From Macrostomum lignano (lineage: Eukaryota), in NCBI GenBank assembly GCA_002269645.1, contig NIVC01003984.1, positions 1-64,000 of the forward strand: a stretch of 64,000 bases of DNA, given 5' to 3'. The notes under the pieces were generated by a model. It saw only the letters and a list, made by a program, of their open reading frames with translations, had not been told where the DNA came from and did no database searches. The number at the start of each line of letters is the position of its first letter. Position 1 is the stretch's first letter. Made by a program: the position numbers and the translations under genes. This document shows, piece after piece, positions 32,901-46,000 of this stretch.

Positions 32901-35338
32901 GGAACTATCTAGCGAGAGTGAGAGGGTAGAAAAGAGTCAATCAGTGCCTTCAGGGGTAAAACAGTAGGAGAGGTGAAGACAGTACAACCAAGAAACAAAG
33001 GGTCGCATATTTCCCCAATGCGAAATGCCGTTCAATCGCAAACCAGGCCCCTGAGGAAGAGTTCGCCGACTCTCAAGATGCAGCCAACTGGGACGCAGTT
33101 GTCTCCCAGTCTATCGACGCCCTCCACTCGCTGCTTCTCGCCGATGGTCAGCCTGACATCGCCATTGAAGCCACTCCGTCTGGCGACCTCAGTCAGCTGC
33201 GACTGACAGCGGCTGGCCGGCTGATCGGCCTGACCCGGCACCGGGCTTATCAGCGCCGGCTGACGCGACCTGACCTGCTGCAGGCGCTGCTGTACACAGC
33301 CGCCTGCGATCCGTGCCCGACTGTGCGACGTCGGCTGCTGCTGTCGAAGCTGCACAGCGGGCTGGCGCGTCTGCGACTGCCGAACGACTTTTTAGCAGCG
33401 TACGCCTTCGTCACCGAGGCGGCTGGCGGCGGCAAAGACAGCGACTTTCAGCGGCTGGCCTGCGCCAGTCTGCGGCGGGTTGTGGCTAAACGGCGGCAGT
33501 TTATGGCCGCGAATTGGGATCAGGTAGGGTTTTGTGATGGCCTGCACTCCCAGATCCTCAGTTGCTAGGCCAGCCTCCCAGATCCTCAGTTGCTAGGCCA
33601 GCCTCCCAGATCCCCAGTTGCTAGGCCAGCCTCCCAGATCCTCAGTTGCTAGGCCAGCCTCCCAGATCCTCAGTTGCTGGGCCACCAGCCTTTCAGATCT
33701 TCAGTTGCTGGGCCACCAGCCTTTCAGATCCCCAGTTGCTGAGCCACCAGCCTCCCAGATCCTCAGTTGCTAGGCCAGCCTCCCAGATCCCCAGTTGCTA
33801 GGCCAGCCTCCCAGATCCTCAGTTGCTAGGCCAGCCTCCCAGATCCTCAGTTGCTGGGCCACCAGCCTTTCAGATCTTCAGTTGCTGGGCCACCAGCCTT
33901 TCAGATCCCCAGTTGCTGAGCCACCAGCCTCCCAGATCCTCAGTTGCTTGGCCACCAGCCTCCCAGATTCCCAGTTGCTGGGCCACCAGCCTTTCAGATC
34001 CCCAGTTGCTAGGCCACCAGCCTTTCAGATCCCCAGTTGCTAGGCCACCAGCCTTTCAGATCCCCAGTTGCTAGGCCACCACCCTTTCAGATCCCCAGTT
34101 GCTAGGCCACCAGCCTTTCAGATCCCCAGTTGCTAGGCCACCAGCCTTTCAGATCCCCAGTTGCTAGGCCACCAGCCTTTCAGATCCCCAGTTGCTAGGC
34201 CACCAGCCTTTCAGATCCACAGTTGCTAGGCCACCAGCCTTTCAGATCTAATACCCAAGGCACAGAGGCGTTTTTGGGGGTCGGCGGGATGTGGATGACT
34301 TCCCAGAAACCAAAATTTATCCCTTCCCTCTCTCCCAACACAGGTGTCGCAGGACAGTCGCCTGTTTTACTCCCTGCTGCCTGAGGCCTGCCTGTCCACA
34401 GCGGTGCACCTGTGGGCGGGCGATCCGGACTTCCGGGAACCGTCGGACTCGCGGCTGCTGGCGAGACCGCTGGCAGGAATGCGACTCCTGCTGCGGCAGC
34501 TGCTTGCCTCTAGTAGCAATGTTGGCAAAGGTTTGGACCTCAATGTGAATCTCAGCCAGTCTAAGTGTGAATCTCAGCCAGTCTAAGTGTGAATCTCAGC
34601 CATTCTAAATGTGAATCTCAGCCAGTCTAAGTGTGAATCTCAGCCATTCTAAATGTGAATCTCAGCCAGTCTAAGTGTGAATCTCAGCCAGTCTAAGTGT
34701 GAATCTCAGCCATTCTAAATGTGAATCTCAGCCAGTCTAAGTGTGAATCTCAGCCAGTCTGAGAGTGAATCTCATCCAGTCTAAGAGAAAATCTGATTCA
34801 GTCTAAGCGTGAATCTCATCCTGCCTGTTCCTCAGCCTCCCTCAGCGGCGGCAGTCTGTTCACCTGGATCAGGCGCCTGCTAGAAAAGATTCGCTCCTCT
34901 CGCGACGCCCGATCGCCCGACAACGACGCGGCAGCCGGTCGAATCCGAGCCGTGGCCGACCTGACCTTCGGCCTGCTGGTCACCCTGTCCTCAAAGTTCG
35001 TGGACGCTCAACTACCATTCGAACCGCAGCTGCCCAAGAAGCTGTACTGCTTCCAATCTGGCGGATTATTGAAAGCCAATAATTACCCAGAGTTTTCCAG
35101 CTTGCCGGCAGACTTCCGGTTCCGGCAGCCGCGAAATCGGCAAGCCTTGGATAGCGGACTGATTCCGGCTAGTCGCGTAGCGGTCTCCAATCCAGATGCC
35201 AGGCTGCTGGCGTCCATGGCTGGTCGGAGAAGGAAATCCGACGGAGATAATTCCATAATTTCGTCTGAGGAGGAGGAGGAGGATTTGCAGGAGCCCCAAG
35301 TGGACAAGCGGCCACGGCAGAGGAGGAGCTGCCGCTAA
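24450..35338 (+). CDS. PDS5: PDS5 cohesin regulator, 10 exons, about 1356 aa
   Basis: Exons 24450-24829, 25346-25833, 26421-26721, 27105-27360, 28270-28656, 29217-29682, 30781-31406, 33047-33523, 34344-34530 and 34836-35338. All are GT-AG with matching phases and total 4071 nt. PDS5 motifs: [62 protein letters not shown]...[17 protein letters not shown]. Confidence 0.9.
25920..26267 (-). mobile_element. tRNA-derived SINE (family 2) antisense in PDS5 intron 2
   Basis: Minus-strand head GGGCCGTAGCCCAGTGG (A box 26251-26261) and GGCTCGATTCC (B-box-like, 26207-26217). The 3' boundary is uncertain. Confidence 0.5.
26750..27046. repeat. (CTGT)n microsatellite, PDS5 intron 3
   Basis: Direct reading. 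Confidence 0.97.
27353..27630 (+). repeat. 22-bp array GTGAGTGTTCAGGTAGTTCAGG starting at the PDS5 exon 4 donor, 12 copies
   Basis: The unit ends in AGTTCAGG, identical to the last 8 nt of exon 4. Confidence 0.97.
27705..28224. repeat. 19-21-bp array TAGATTTGAGCAGTTCAGG, PDS5 intron 4
   Basis: Direct reading. Shares the CAGTTCAG core with the upstream 22-bp array. Confidence 0.95.
28686..29180. repeat. 22/24-bp array CTGACACTTGCTGTCATCCTGT, PDS5 intron 5
   Basis: Direct reading. The unit switches to a 24-bp variant midway. Confidence 0.95.
29691..30742. repeat. 21-bp array GTAGGTTCAGGTAGCTTAATG, PDS5 intron 6, split by an insertion
   Basis: Same unit on both sides (29691-29990 and 30393-30742). 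Confidence 0.95.
29991..30392. mobile_element. Solo LTR-like insertion, 402 bp
   Basis: TGTAGCGT...ACGCTACA termini (TG..CA, 8-bp IR) and an exact 4-bp TSD GGTT (29987-29990, 30393-30396). Confidence 0.75.
31445..32865. repeat. 20-bp GA-rich array GAGAGGGTAGGGAAGAGTGA, PDS5 intron 7
   Basis: Direct reading, about 70 units. Confidence 0.97.
33547..34248. repeat. 28/31-bp array CCCAGATCCTCAGTTGCTAGGCCAGCCT, PDS5 intron 8
   Basis: Direct reading. Confidence 0.95.
34542..34820. repeat. 22-bp array GTGTGAATCTCAGCCAGTCTAA, PDS5 intron 9
   Basis: Direct reading. It fills almost the whole intron. Confidence 0.95.
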
Positions 35339-35457
35339 ATTAAAGACGTCTCGCAGAAATAAATTGCTTTCTTTGGCGGAAAGTTCAAGGACTCGGGACA
35401 GCGTTCACTTTCTTAGAGAATACTTTTTTGAAGGCAGGCATTTTATTTATTAATGAT

Positions 35458-36790
35458 AGTGAAGTTTGGGATTTGTGACGTTTGGGATTTGTGACGTTTG
35501 GGATTTGTGACGTTTGGGATTTGTGAAGAATTGGATTTGTGAAGAATGGGATTTGTGACGAATTGGATTTGTGAAGAATGGGATTTGTGACGAATGGGAT
35601 TTGAGAAGAATGGGATTTGAGAAAAATTGGATTTGTGAAGAATGGGATTTGTGAAGAATGGGATTTGAGAAGAATGGGATTTGTGAAGTTTAGGATTTGT
35701 GTAGTTTGGGGTTTGTGAAGTTTGGGGTTTGTGAAGTTTAGGATTTGTGTAGTTTGGGGTTTGTGAAGTTTAGGGTTTGTGAAGTTTAGGATTTGTGTAG
35801 TTTGAGGTTTGTGAAGTTTGGGGTTTGTGAAGTTTAGGATTTGTGTAGTTTGGGGTTTGTGAAGTTTTGGATTTGTGAAGAATGGGATTTGTGACGAATA
35901 GGATTTGTGAAGTTTGGGATTTTTAAAGAATGGGATTTGTGAAGTTTAGGATTTTTAAAGAATTGGATTTGTGAAGTTTAGGATTTGTGTAGTTTGGGGT
36001 TTGTGAAGTTTGGGGTTTGTGAAGCTTTGGGTTTGTGAAGAATGGGATTTGTGAAGAATTGGATTTGTGACAAATGGGATTTGTGACGAATGGGATTTTT
36101 AAAGAATGGGATTTGTGAAGAATGGGATTTGTGAAGTTTGGGATTTGTGAAGAATGGGATTTGTGAAGAATGGGATTTGTGAAGTTTGGGATTTGTGAGG
36201 TTTGGGATTTGTGAAGAATTGGATTTGTGAAGTTTGGGATGTGTGAAGAATGGGATTTGTGAAGTTTGGGATGTGTGAAGAATTGGATTTGTGAAGAATG
36301 GGATTTGTGAAGAATTGAATTTGTGAAGTTTAGGATTTTTATAGAATAGGATTTGTGAAGAATGGGATTTGTGAAGTTTGGGATTTGTGAAGTTTGGGAT
36401 TTGTGAAGAATTGGATTTTTGAAGTTTGGGATGTGTGAAGAATGGGATTTGTGAAGTTTGGCATGTGTGAAGAATTGGATTTGTGAAGAATGGGATGTGT
36501 GAAGAATTGAATTTGTGAAGAATGGGATTTGTGAAGAATGGGATTTGTGAAGAATTGAATTTGTGAAGTTTAGGATTTGTGAAGTTTAGGATTTGTGAAG
36601 TTTGGGATTTGTGAAGTTTGGGATTTGTGAAGTTTGGGATTTTAATAGAATGGGATTTGTGAAGAATGGGATTTGTGAAGAATGGGATTTGTAAAGTTTG
36701 GGATGTGTGAAGAATGTGATTTGTGAAGTTTGGGATGTGTGAAGAATGGGATTTGTGAAGAAAGGAATTTGTGAAGAAAAGGATTAGTGA
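35458..36790. repeat. 16-bp array GTGAAG(TTT/AAT)GGGATTT downstream of PDS5
   Basis: Direct reading. Confidence 0.95.
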
Positions 36791-37094
36791 AGTTTTTACC
36801 CAATATTAATACCTTACAAAAGACTGTCAAGGCCAAGGGAGCTGAATGCATGCCCCATACTATTTGAGTCGCTATTTCTTAATTATAAATTTGAAAAAGA
36901 AACTGTTATAATTGCTATTGTCTGTTTTTGCCAAAATTAGACACTAGATTTGTTTTTCAGCAGATTTTTTATATAGCTTTTTCTGTTAAACTAGATTCTT
37001 TTGAGTTATGATTTTTTAATTTATATTTCTATCTAATAAATAATAAGTTTTTTCGTTTTTTGTTAGTTTTTTGCTTCTTTCTGGTTTATTTAAT

Positions 37095-37985
37095 ATCTGC
37101 CTCTGCCTCTCTCCCCCACTGTACTCTCTGGCTGCCACCCCTGCATCTCTCCCCCACTGTATTCTCTGACTGCCACCCCTGCCCCTCTCCCCCACTGTAC
37201 TCTCTGACTACCCCTGCCTCTCTCCCCCACTGAACTCTCTGGCTGCCACCCCTGCCCCTCTCCCCACTGTACTCTCTGACTGCCACCCCTGCCTCTCTCC
37301 CCCACTGTACTCTCTGACTGCCACCCCTGCCCCTCTCCCCCACTGTACTCTCTGACTACCCCTGCCTCTCTCCCCCACTGAACTCTCTGGCTGCCACCCC
37401 TGCCCCTCTCCTCACTGTACTCTCTGACTACCACCCCTGCCTCTCTCTCCCACTGTACTCTCTGGCTGCCACCCCTTCCCGTCTCCCACTGTACTCTCTG
37501 GCTGCCACCCCTTCCCGTCCCCCACTGTACTCTCTGGCTGCCACCCCTTCCCGTCCCCCACTGTACTCTCTGGCTGCCACCCCTGCCTCTCTCCCCCACT
37601 GTACTCTCTGGCTCACCTCTTCCCGTCTCCCACTGTACTCTCTGGCTCACCTCTTCCCGTCTCCCACTGTAATCTCTGGCTGCCACCTCTTCCCGTCTCC
37701 CACTGTACTCTCTGGCTGCCACCCCTTCCCGTCCCCCACTGTACTCTCTGGCTGCCACCCCTTCCCGTCCCCCACTGTACTCTCTGGCTGCCACCCCTTC
37801 CCGTCCCCCACTGTACTCTCTGGCTGCCACCCCTTCCCGTCCCCCACTGTACTCTCTGGCTGCCACCCCTTCCCGTCCCCCACTGTACTCTCTGGCTGCC
37901 ACCTCTTACCGTCTCCCACTGTTCTCTCTGGCTGCCACCCCTTCCCGTCCCCCACTGAACTCTCTGGCTGCCACCTCTGCCCCTC
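37095..37985. repeat. C-rich ~37-bp minisatellite (core CACTGTACTCTCTGGCTGCCACCCCT)
   Basis: Direct reading. Confidence 0.93.
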
Positions 37986-38867
37986 TCGCTCAGAGAGCAA
38001 GTTCTTTGTTATTTATTTGAAGCTATTTTGGCTTCATCAGCAGGCATTTGTCTTCTTTGTTGTTTTTTCTCCAAAAAGTATTTATTTTTAGCGTTCTGGA
38101 GATGAATAAAGTAATGATTAAAATACCTTTTTATTAGATTAAAATAATAATATAAGTCCTGCATTTTAATCTCTGTGAAAAGTTGATTTCGAAGAACTTT
38201 TGTAATTTCTTCGTTGATTTATAAAAGATCGATTTGTTTTACTCTAAGTGTGACCGTCGCTTTCTAATTTTAGAACCGGCGCAAATTGAAGTTACGTAAC
38301 TTGGTGTACATACAAGCCAATTATTCTAGTCGTCAGTCAGTCACGTGACTTACTACTGTACAATGTACATTCTCCCCAGCCTTAGCAGCCATTGAATAGT
38401 TTACTAACAAAGAATTAAATAACTATATTTATATATGTAAATATATCGCGCAAAAACTACTTTTAGCTGCGGAGTCCAGTAGTGCATCGAGGATAATAAT
38501 GATTATTGCTGTATTTCGAATGGTAAAATTAGGTTTAGAAGTACAAACAGTAGCTGGTACTTTGGGGCGTTTTATTCTGATTGATCGAGACACAATGCGC
38601 TAATTCTGCGGCGTATGGGATACAAAGAGTAGAGGTAGGATTAGGCTTCAATAAAAGTGCCTTCTATAGAAAACTAACACAGGAGTGGCACACTAATGCT
38701 GACTGCGAAACTGAAATCTGAAACACAATCTGGTTGATAAGATTGAATTCCTCCCCTGACTTGCCCTTGGTGTCCGCTTTTTTAATCCTTCATTCCTCCC
38801 TGCCACTTTTGCCATTGAAATCCACCTGCTGCTCTTCATTTTCTCAACTCACTCCATCTGGCTAAGC

Positions 38868-40005
38868 TTCCCTCACCATCTCAGTATCTCCTCTCACCAT
38901 CTCAGTATCTACTCTCTTCATCTCAGTCTCTCCTCTCTCTCCATCTCAGTATCTCCTCTCACCATCTCAGTATCTCCTCTCTCCATCCCAGTATCTCCTC
39001 TCACCATCTCAGTATCTACTCTCTTCATCTCAGTATCTACTCTCTTCATCTCAGTATCTACTCTCTTCATCTCAGTATCTACTCTCTTCATCTCAGTATC
39101 TACTCTCTTCATCTCAGTCTCTCCTCTCCATCTCAGTCTCTCCTCTCCATCTCAGTCTCTCCTCTCCATCCCAGTCTCTCCTCTCCATCTCAGTCTCTCC
39201 TCTCCATCCCAGTCTCTCCTCTCCATCTCAGTCTCTCCTCTCCATCTCAGTCTCTCCTATCCATCGCAGTCTCTCCTCTTCATCTCAGTCTCATCTCTCA
39301 ATCTCACTATCTCCTCTCTCCATCTCAGTCTCTCCTCTCCATCTCAGTCTCTCCTCTTCATCTCAGTCTCTCCTCTTCATCTCAGTCTCATCTCTCAATC
39401 TCAGTATCTACTCTCTCCATCTCAGTATCTCCTCTCTCCATCCCAGTATCTCCTCTCACCATCTCAGTATCTACTCTCTCCATCTCAGTATCTCCTCTCT
39501 CCATCTCAGTATCTCCTCTCTCCATCTCAGTATCTCCTCTCTCCATCTCATTATCTACTCTCCATCTCAGTATCGCTTCTCTCCATCTCAGTCTCTCCTA
39601 TACATCTCAGTGTCTCCTCTTCATCTCAGTCTCATCTCTCTATCTTAGTATCTCCTCTCTCCATCTCAGTCTCTCCTCTCCATCTCAGTCTCTCCTCTCC
39701 ATCTCAGTCTCTCCTCTTCATCTCAGTCTCTCCTCTCCACCTCAGTCTCTCCTCTTCATCTCAGTCTCTCCTCTCCATCTCAGTCTCTCCTTTCCATCTC
39801 AGTCTCTCCTCTTCATCTCAGTCTCTCCTCTCCACCTCAGTCTCTCCTCTCCATTTCAGTCTCTCCTCTCCATTTCAGTCTCTCCTCTCCATCTCAGTCT
39901 CTCCTCTCCATTTCAGTCTCTCCTCTCCATTTCAGTCTCTCCTCTCCATCTCAGTCTCTCCTCTCCACCTCAGTCTCCCCTCTTCTCCACTTCAGTCTCC
40001 GCTCT
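38868..40005. repeat. CT-rich ~19-21-bp array (CATCTCAGTCTCTCCTCTC) 3' of the PK stop
   Basis: Direct reading. Confidence 0.93.
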
Positions 40006-40054
40006 CTCCATCTCTTATTCTCTCCCTTCTACAGGCACTCAGCCAGTCAGCCAG

Positions 40055-43000
40055 TCAGTTCATATCCTCAGACGGCATCTGAGCTCCCAACTCAACCGTT
40101 TCATTCACGGAGCTGCCGCAAAACGTACTGCTCCGGCTGCCGTCCCAATCGTCCTCATTCCGCAGGGAGTCGGCCGCAGCCTGAGCATCCATGTTGGTGC
40201 TCAGCTGCACCCCCAGGATCTTGCCAGCCGACTGTGTTGGTAAGGCGCCGTTCGCTCCGAAGTTTAGCAGCCGTTCGACTGGGACAATGGCCATGAGATC
40301 GCTTGAATTAGGGCAGGATTTCTCAACTAGGATGACGAATAGTTGGGAGTTGGCCGGTCCTGCATCCAGGATGTCGTTGGCCGCCACGCGGAGTCCAGCG
40401 TACCGGATTCGATCCTGGGCCTCCAGTAGCCATTCCGATTTGGCTGGCTCTGCGGGCGTCGCGGTGCCAGCTAGTCACTATTCTGGTCACTGTTCTGGTC
40501 ACTCTTCTGGTCACTCTTCTGGTCACTCTTCTGGTCACTCTTCTGGGTACTGTTCTGGTCACTCTTCTGGGTACTGTTCTGGTCACTCTTCTGGGTACTG
40601 TTCTGGTCACTCTTCTCGTCACTGTTCTGGTCACTCTTCTCGTCACTGTTCTGGTCACTCTTCTGGTCACTTTTTTGGTTACTGTTCTGGGTACAGTTCT
40701 GGTCACTCTTCTGGGTACTGTTCTGGTCACTCTTCTGGGTACTGTTCTGGTCACTCTTCTCGTCACTGTTCTGGTCACTCTTCTCGTCACTGTTCTGGTC
40801 ACTCTTCTGGTCACTTTTTTGGTTACTGTTCTGGGTACAGTTCTGGTCACTCTTCTGGGTACTGTTCTGGTCACTCTTCTGGGTACTGTTCTGGTCACTC
40901 TTCTCGTCACTGTTCTGGTCACTCTTCTCGTCACTGTTCTGGTCACTCTTCTCGTCACTGTTCTGGTCACTCTTCTGGTCTCTTTTTTGGTTACTGTTCT
41001 GGGTACAGTTCTGGTCACTCTTCTGGGTACTGTTCTGGTCACTCTTCTGGGTACTGTTCTGGTCACTCTTCTGGGTACTGTTCTGGTCACTCTTCTGGTC
41101 ACTGTTCTGGTCACTGTTCTGGTCACTCTTATATCACTCTTCTGGTCACTCTTTTGGTCACTCTTATATCACTCTTCTGGTCGCTCTTCTGGTTACTCTT
41201 TTGTTCACTCTTCTCGTCACTCTTTTCGGCACTGTTCTGGTCACTCTTCTCGTCACTCTTCTGGTTAATCTTCTAGTACATGTACGTAATCACTTTTCAA
41301 GTTACTCTACTAGTAACTTGGTCTGCAACTGATCAATCTTTTGGTCACTCTTCATGGTCAATATTTTCACTCAGTTATTTTGTCACTCAAATAAACCGGC
41401 GTCACTCACCGGTATAGAGCACCGGGTGCAGTCCGTACCACATGTTCAACCCGCGACACAGCGCCTCGTCTCGGCACACGCACAGCACTGGACAAGGCGG
41501 CCGGAACATCGCAGTCAGGCGAGGCAGCTCGGCGTGGTCGGTGGCCACTAAGATGGCTGCGGCCCGGCAACGCACGGCGGCTTCGCAGGCCGCCATGGCG
41601 CTGCTGTGCAAGGGACCGGCGGCCGCTGGCGCCAGAGGCTGTCGGCGGAGCCGCTGCAGGTGCTGGCCCGGCTGTAGGCTGGCCTCGGCTTCTCGACAGA
41701 TCTGCGGCGGCAAGCAAGATTTTTTGTCATCGTTTATTGGCATAGCTAGGTTTAATTTTGTTATAATGGGTGGCGTCATTCAAATTCGATTTTGTTTTAA
41801 TTTGTTGGTTTATTTAGTCAAGACTTCTTATTAATTGGTATTCGGTAACGATCTTTAATTAATTAATTTACAAATGATTTTAATTATTTTTGTTGGTAAT
41901 AAGTTTTTCAGCTAAGGTATTTTTATACTTTGTAGCTATATGTATTATATAGTTTCGATTTAAAAAAGCTTTATTTCGCTCAAATTTTTGTTCTAATTGG
42001 TTCCTACATTCAGCTACGATTTGTTTGAATTATAGTGGGAAATTCGCAGCAACGATTTGTTTATAATTGGTAGGTTAATTTTAATAATATTATGTTATTT
42101 ATTGATAGAATTTTTGACCGTCTATTCTGTATTAATTTATTAATTGGGTTTATTCAGCTACTTTTTATAAATGGTAGATTTATTCAACTTCGATTTTGTT
42201 TTACTTTTTCGAATATTTATCTATTGTTTTGTACTGATTAATGATTGGTAATAGTTTATTTAGCAATTCGAACTTATAGTATCAATAATTTTATTTTTAT
42301 AGGTGATTTTTAGTTCTGAAGACCATTTTTAGTATACGGATTTATTATCATTGGTAGATTTATTCAGGTTTGATTTTTTAGATTAGTAGGTTTATATTTC
42401 GTCCCATTTAACGCCATTTTTATTTTAACTATTAGCCAGTAGGAATAATTCAGCAATGAATTACTTGCGTTTGCGTTTATAATTAGTAATGTTTATTTTA
42501 ACCTTACAAGCATGTTTTAATAAGTAATAATTAACAATAATTATATAATACTTGGTATCTCGCTTTTAAGCAACAAATTTGTTTTAATTTGTAGGTTTAT
42601 TATAGCCCAAGGTGGTTTTGTTTTAAGTATTGCATTTATTGTAGCTACGGTTTTCTATTTCTATTTATAACTGCATGGAAGGTTTGATTGTGCATTCATT
42701 TCAGCAGCTGCATACATCTGTACGTGTTTCATGCTTCGTGAGCAAAATAATAACAGCAAAGCTAAAGTCAACTCTCTAAAAAAGATGTACGGCAGTCGAC
42801 CGCAGGAAGACAAACAAAAAAATGCTTCTCTTGAAAAAAAGTACAATTTCGCATGCAGGTTTCTCTTTGTTCCAAATCTGTGGCAGTTAAAAAAGCTGTT
42901 AGACTGAGTGAACTCCGGATGTGTGTTTCTAATTTGCTTTTAATGCTTTTTTTTACTCGTTCTTAGCATTTTTCTCTTTTGTTTGGAGATAAAAGCTGTT

Positions 43001-46000
43001 TTTTACAATAAAGCCATCACCCGACTGTCTGCACACCTGTCACATCCCCGCTTAACTGTGTCCATTTTAATTAGATAGGCTCGCTTAAAATCTGCAGCAT
43101 CTCCACAATCCATAAAGCTCTATCTGATGCCAGTATAGATCCTCACGATCTATTCCTAGATTCTCACTCCATCTCCAAAACACTACAATCTCACTCCAAA
43201 CACTAAAATCTCACTGCAAACGCTACAATCTCACTCCAAACACTAAAATCTCACTGCAAACACTACAATCTCACTCCAAACACTAAAATCTCACTGCAAA
43301 CACTACAATCTCACTCCAAACACTACAATCTCACTCCTAACACTACAATCTCACTCCAAACACTACAATCTCACTCCAAACACTACAATCTCACTCCAAA
43401 CACTACAATCTCACTCCAAACACTACAATCTCACTCAAAACACTACAATCTCACTCCAAACACTACAATCTCACTCCAAACACTACAATCTCACTCCAAA
43501 CACTACAATCTCACTCCAAACACTACAATCTCACTCCAAACACTAAAATCTCACTGCAAACGCTACAATCTCACTCCAAACACTAAAATCTCACTGCAAA
43601 CACTACAATCTCACTCCAAACACTAAAATCTCACTGCAAACACTACAATCTCACTCCAAACACTACAATCTCACTCCTAACACTACAATCTCACTCCAAA
43701 CACTACAATCTCACTCCAAACACTACAATCTCACTCCTAACACTACAATCTCACTCCAAACACTACAATCTCACTCAAAACACTACAATCTCACTCCAAA
43801 CACTACAATCTCACTCCAAACACTACAATCTCACTCCAAACACTACAATCTCACTCCAAACACTACAATCTCACTCCAAACACTACAATCTCACTCCAAA
43901 CACTACAATCTCACTCCAAACACTACAATCTCACTCCAAACACTACAATCTCCAAACACTACAATCTCACTCCAAACACTACAATCTCACTCCAAACACT
44001 ACAATCTCCAAACACTACAATCTCACTCAAACACTACAATCTCACTCCAAACACTACAATCTCACTCCAAACACTACAATCTCACTCCAAACACTACAAT
44101 CTCACTCCAAACACTACAATCTCAGTCGAAGCACTACAATCTCACTCCAAACGCTAGAATCTCACTCCTTTTCTTATAATTTCGCTTAGAACGCTAGAAT
44201 CTCACTCTGAAATCTACAATTTCAGTCCAAACATTATCATCCCACACCTTATCTTGAAATTCTTCTTTTAATTCCCAGAATCCATTGTCAACAGAAAGCT
44301 TCACAATGACCACACCTTAGTAAGGGTGCGCACCGCTTCAACCGGGTATTTGCCAATGGCTGTCTCCCCCGACAGCATCAGGCAGTCGACGCCATCAAGC
44401 ACCGCATTAGCAACGTCGGAAGCTTCGGCTCGAGTCGGCCTCGGCCTCATCAGCATGCTGTTGAGCAGGTGGGTGGCGCAGATTGAAGCCTTCGCCGAGG
44501 TGCTGCACACCGCTGTGATTCGCTTCTGCACGGCAAATACCTGAAACGGAATTGTTAATTCGATTAGAACCAGGTTCGCAGCCATGAGGGCCGGCCCCCA
44601 AGGCACAGAGAGCTTACATGCCTGATGGTTAGACAGTCAGGGCCGTAGTACACTCTAAGTGAGCGCTTGTATGAGTTCGTGCCTGCGTACAGTATGGGCC
44701 AGCACCAAGGGGCTTTAGCACCAAGGGGCTTTAGCACCAAGGGGCTTTAACACCAAGGGGCTTTAGCACCAAGGGGCTTTAACACCAAGGGGCTTTAGCA
44801 CCAAGGGGCTTTAGCACCAAGGGGCGCCAAGCACCAAGGGGCTTTAGCACCAAGGGGCTTTAGCACCAAGGGGCTTTAGCACCAAGGGGCTTTAGCACCA
44901 AGGGGCTTTAGCACCAAGGGGCTTTAACACCAAGGGGCTTTAGCACCAAGGGGCTTTAGCACCAAAGGGCTTTAGCACCAAGGGGCTTTAGCACCAAGGG
45001 GCTTTAACACCAAGGGGCTTTAGCACCAAGGGGCTTTAGCACCAAGGGGCGCCAAGCACCAAGGGGCTTTAGCACCAAGGGGCTTTAACACCAAGGGGCT
45101 TTAGCACCAAGGGGCTTTAGCACCAAAGGGCTTTAGCACCAAGGGGCTTTAGCACCAAAGGGCTTTAGCACCAAGGGGCTTTAGCACCAAGGGGCTTTAG
45201 CACCCAGGGGCGCCAAGCACCAAGGGGCTTTAGCACCAAGGGGCTTTAACACCAAGGGGCTTTAGCACCAAGGGGCTTTAGCACCAAAGGGCTTTAGCAC
45301 CAAGGGGCTTTAGCACCAAGGGGCTTTAACACCAAGGGGCTTTAGCACCAAGGGGCTTTAGCACCAAGTGGCTTTAGCACCAAGGGGCTTTAGCACCAAG
45401 GGGCTTTAGCACCAAGGGGCTTTAGCACCAAGGGGCTTTAGCACCAAGAGGGTTTAGCACCAAGGGGCTTTAGCACCAAGGGGCGCCAAGCACCAAGTGG
45501 CTTTAGCACCAAGGGGCTTTAGCACCAAGGGGCGCCAAGCACCAAGGGGCGCCAAGCACCAAGGGGCTTTAGCACCAAGGGGCTTTAACACCAAGGGGCT
45601 TTAGCACCAAGGGGCTTTAGCACCAAAGGGCTTTAGCACCAAGGGGCTTTAGCACCAAAGGGCTTTAGCACCAATGGGCTTTAGCACCAAGGGGCTTTAG
45701 CACCCAGGGGCGCCAAGCACCAAGGGGCTTTAGCACCAAGGGGCTTTAACACCAAGGGGCTTTAGCACCAAGGGGCTTTAGCACCAAAGGGCTTTAGCAC
45801 CAAGGGGCTTTAGCACCAAGGGGCTTTAACACCAAGGGGCTTTAGCACCAAGGGGCTTTAGCACCAAGTGGCTTTAGCACCAAGGGGCTTTAGCACCAAG
45901 GGGCTTTAGCACCAAAGGGCTTTAGCACCAAGGGGCTTTAGCACCAAGAGGGTTTAGCACCAAGGGGCTTTAGCACCAAGGGGCGCCAAGCACCAAGTGG

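Noticed and set aside
40191-41276. 361-aa plus-strand SGH/Cys-rich ORF preceded by an acceptor-like CTACAG at about 40035
   Set aside because: It is antisense to PK exon 4 plus the 12-bp array, and the pyrimidine tract is just the CT satellite.
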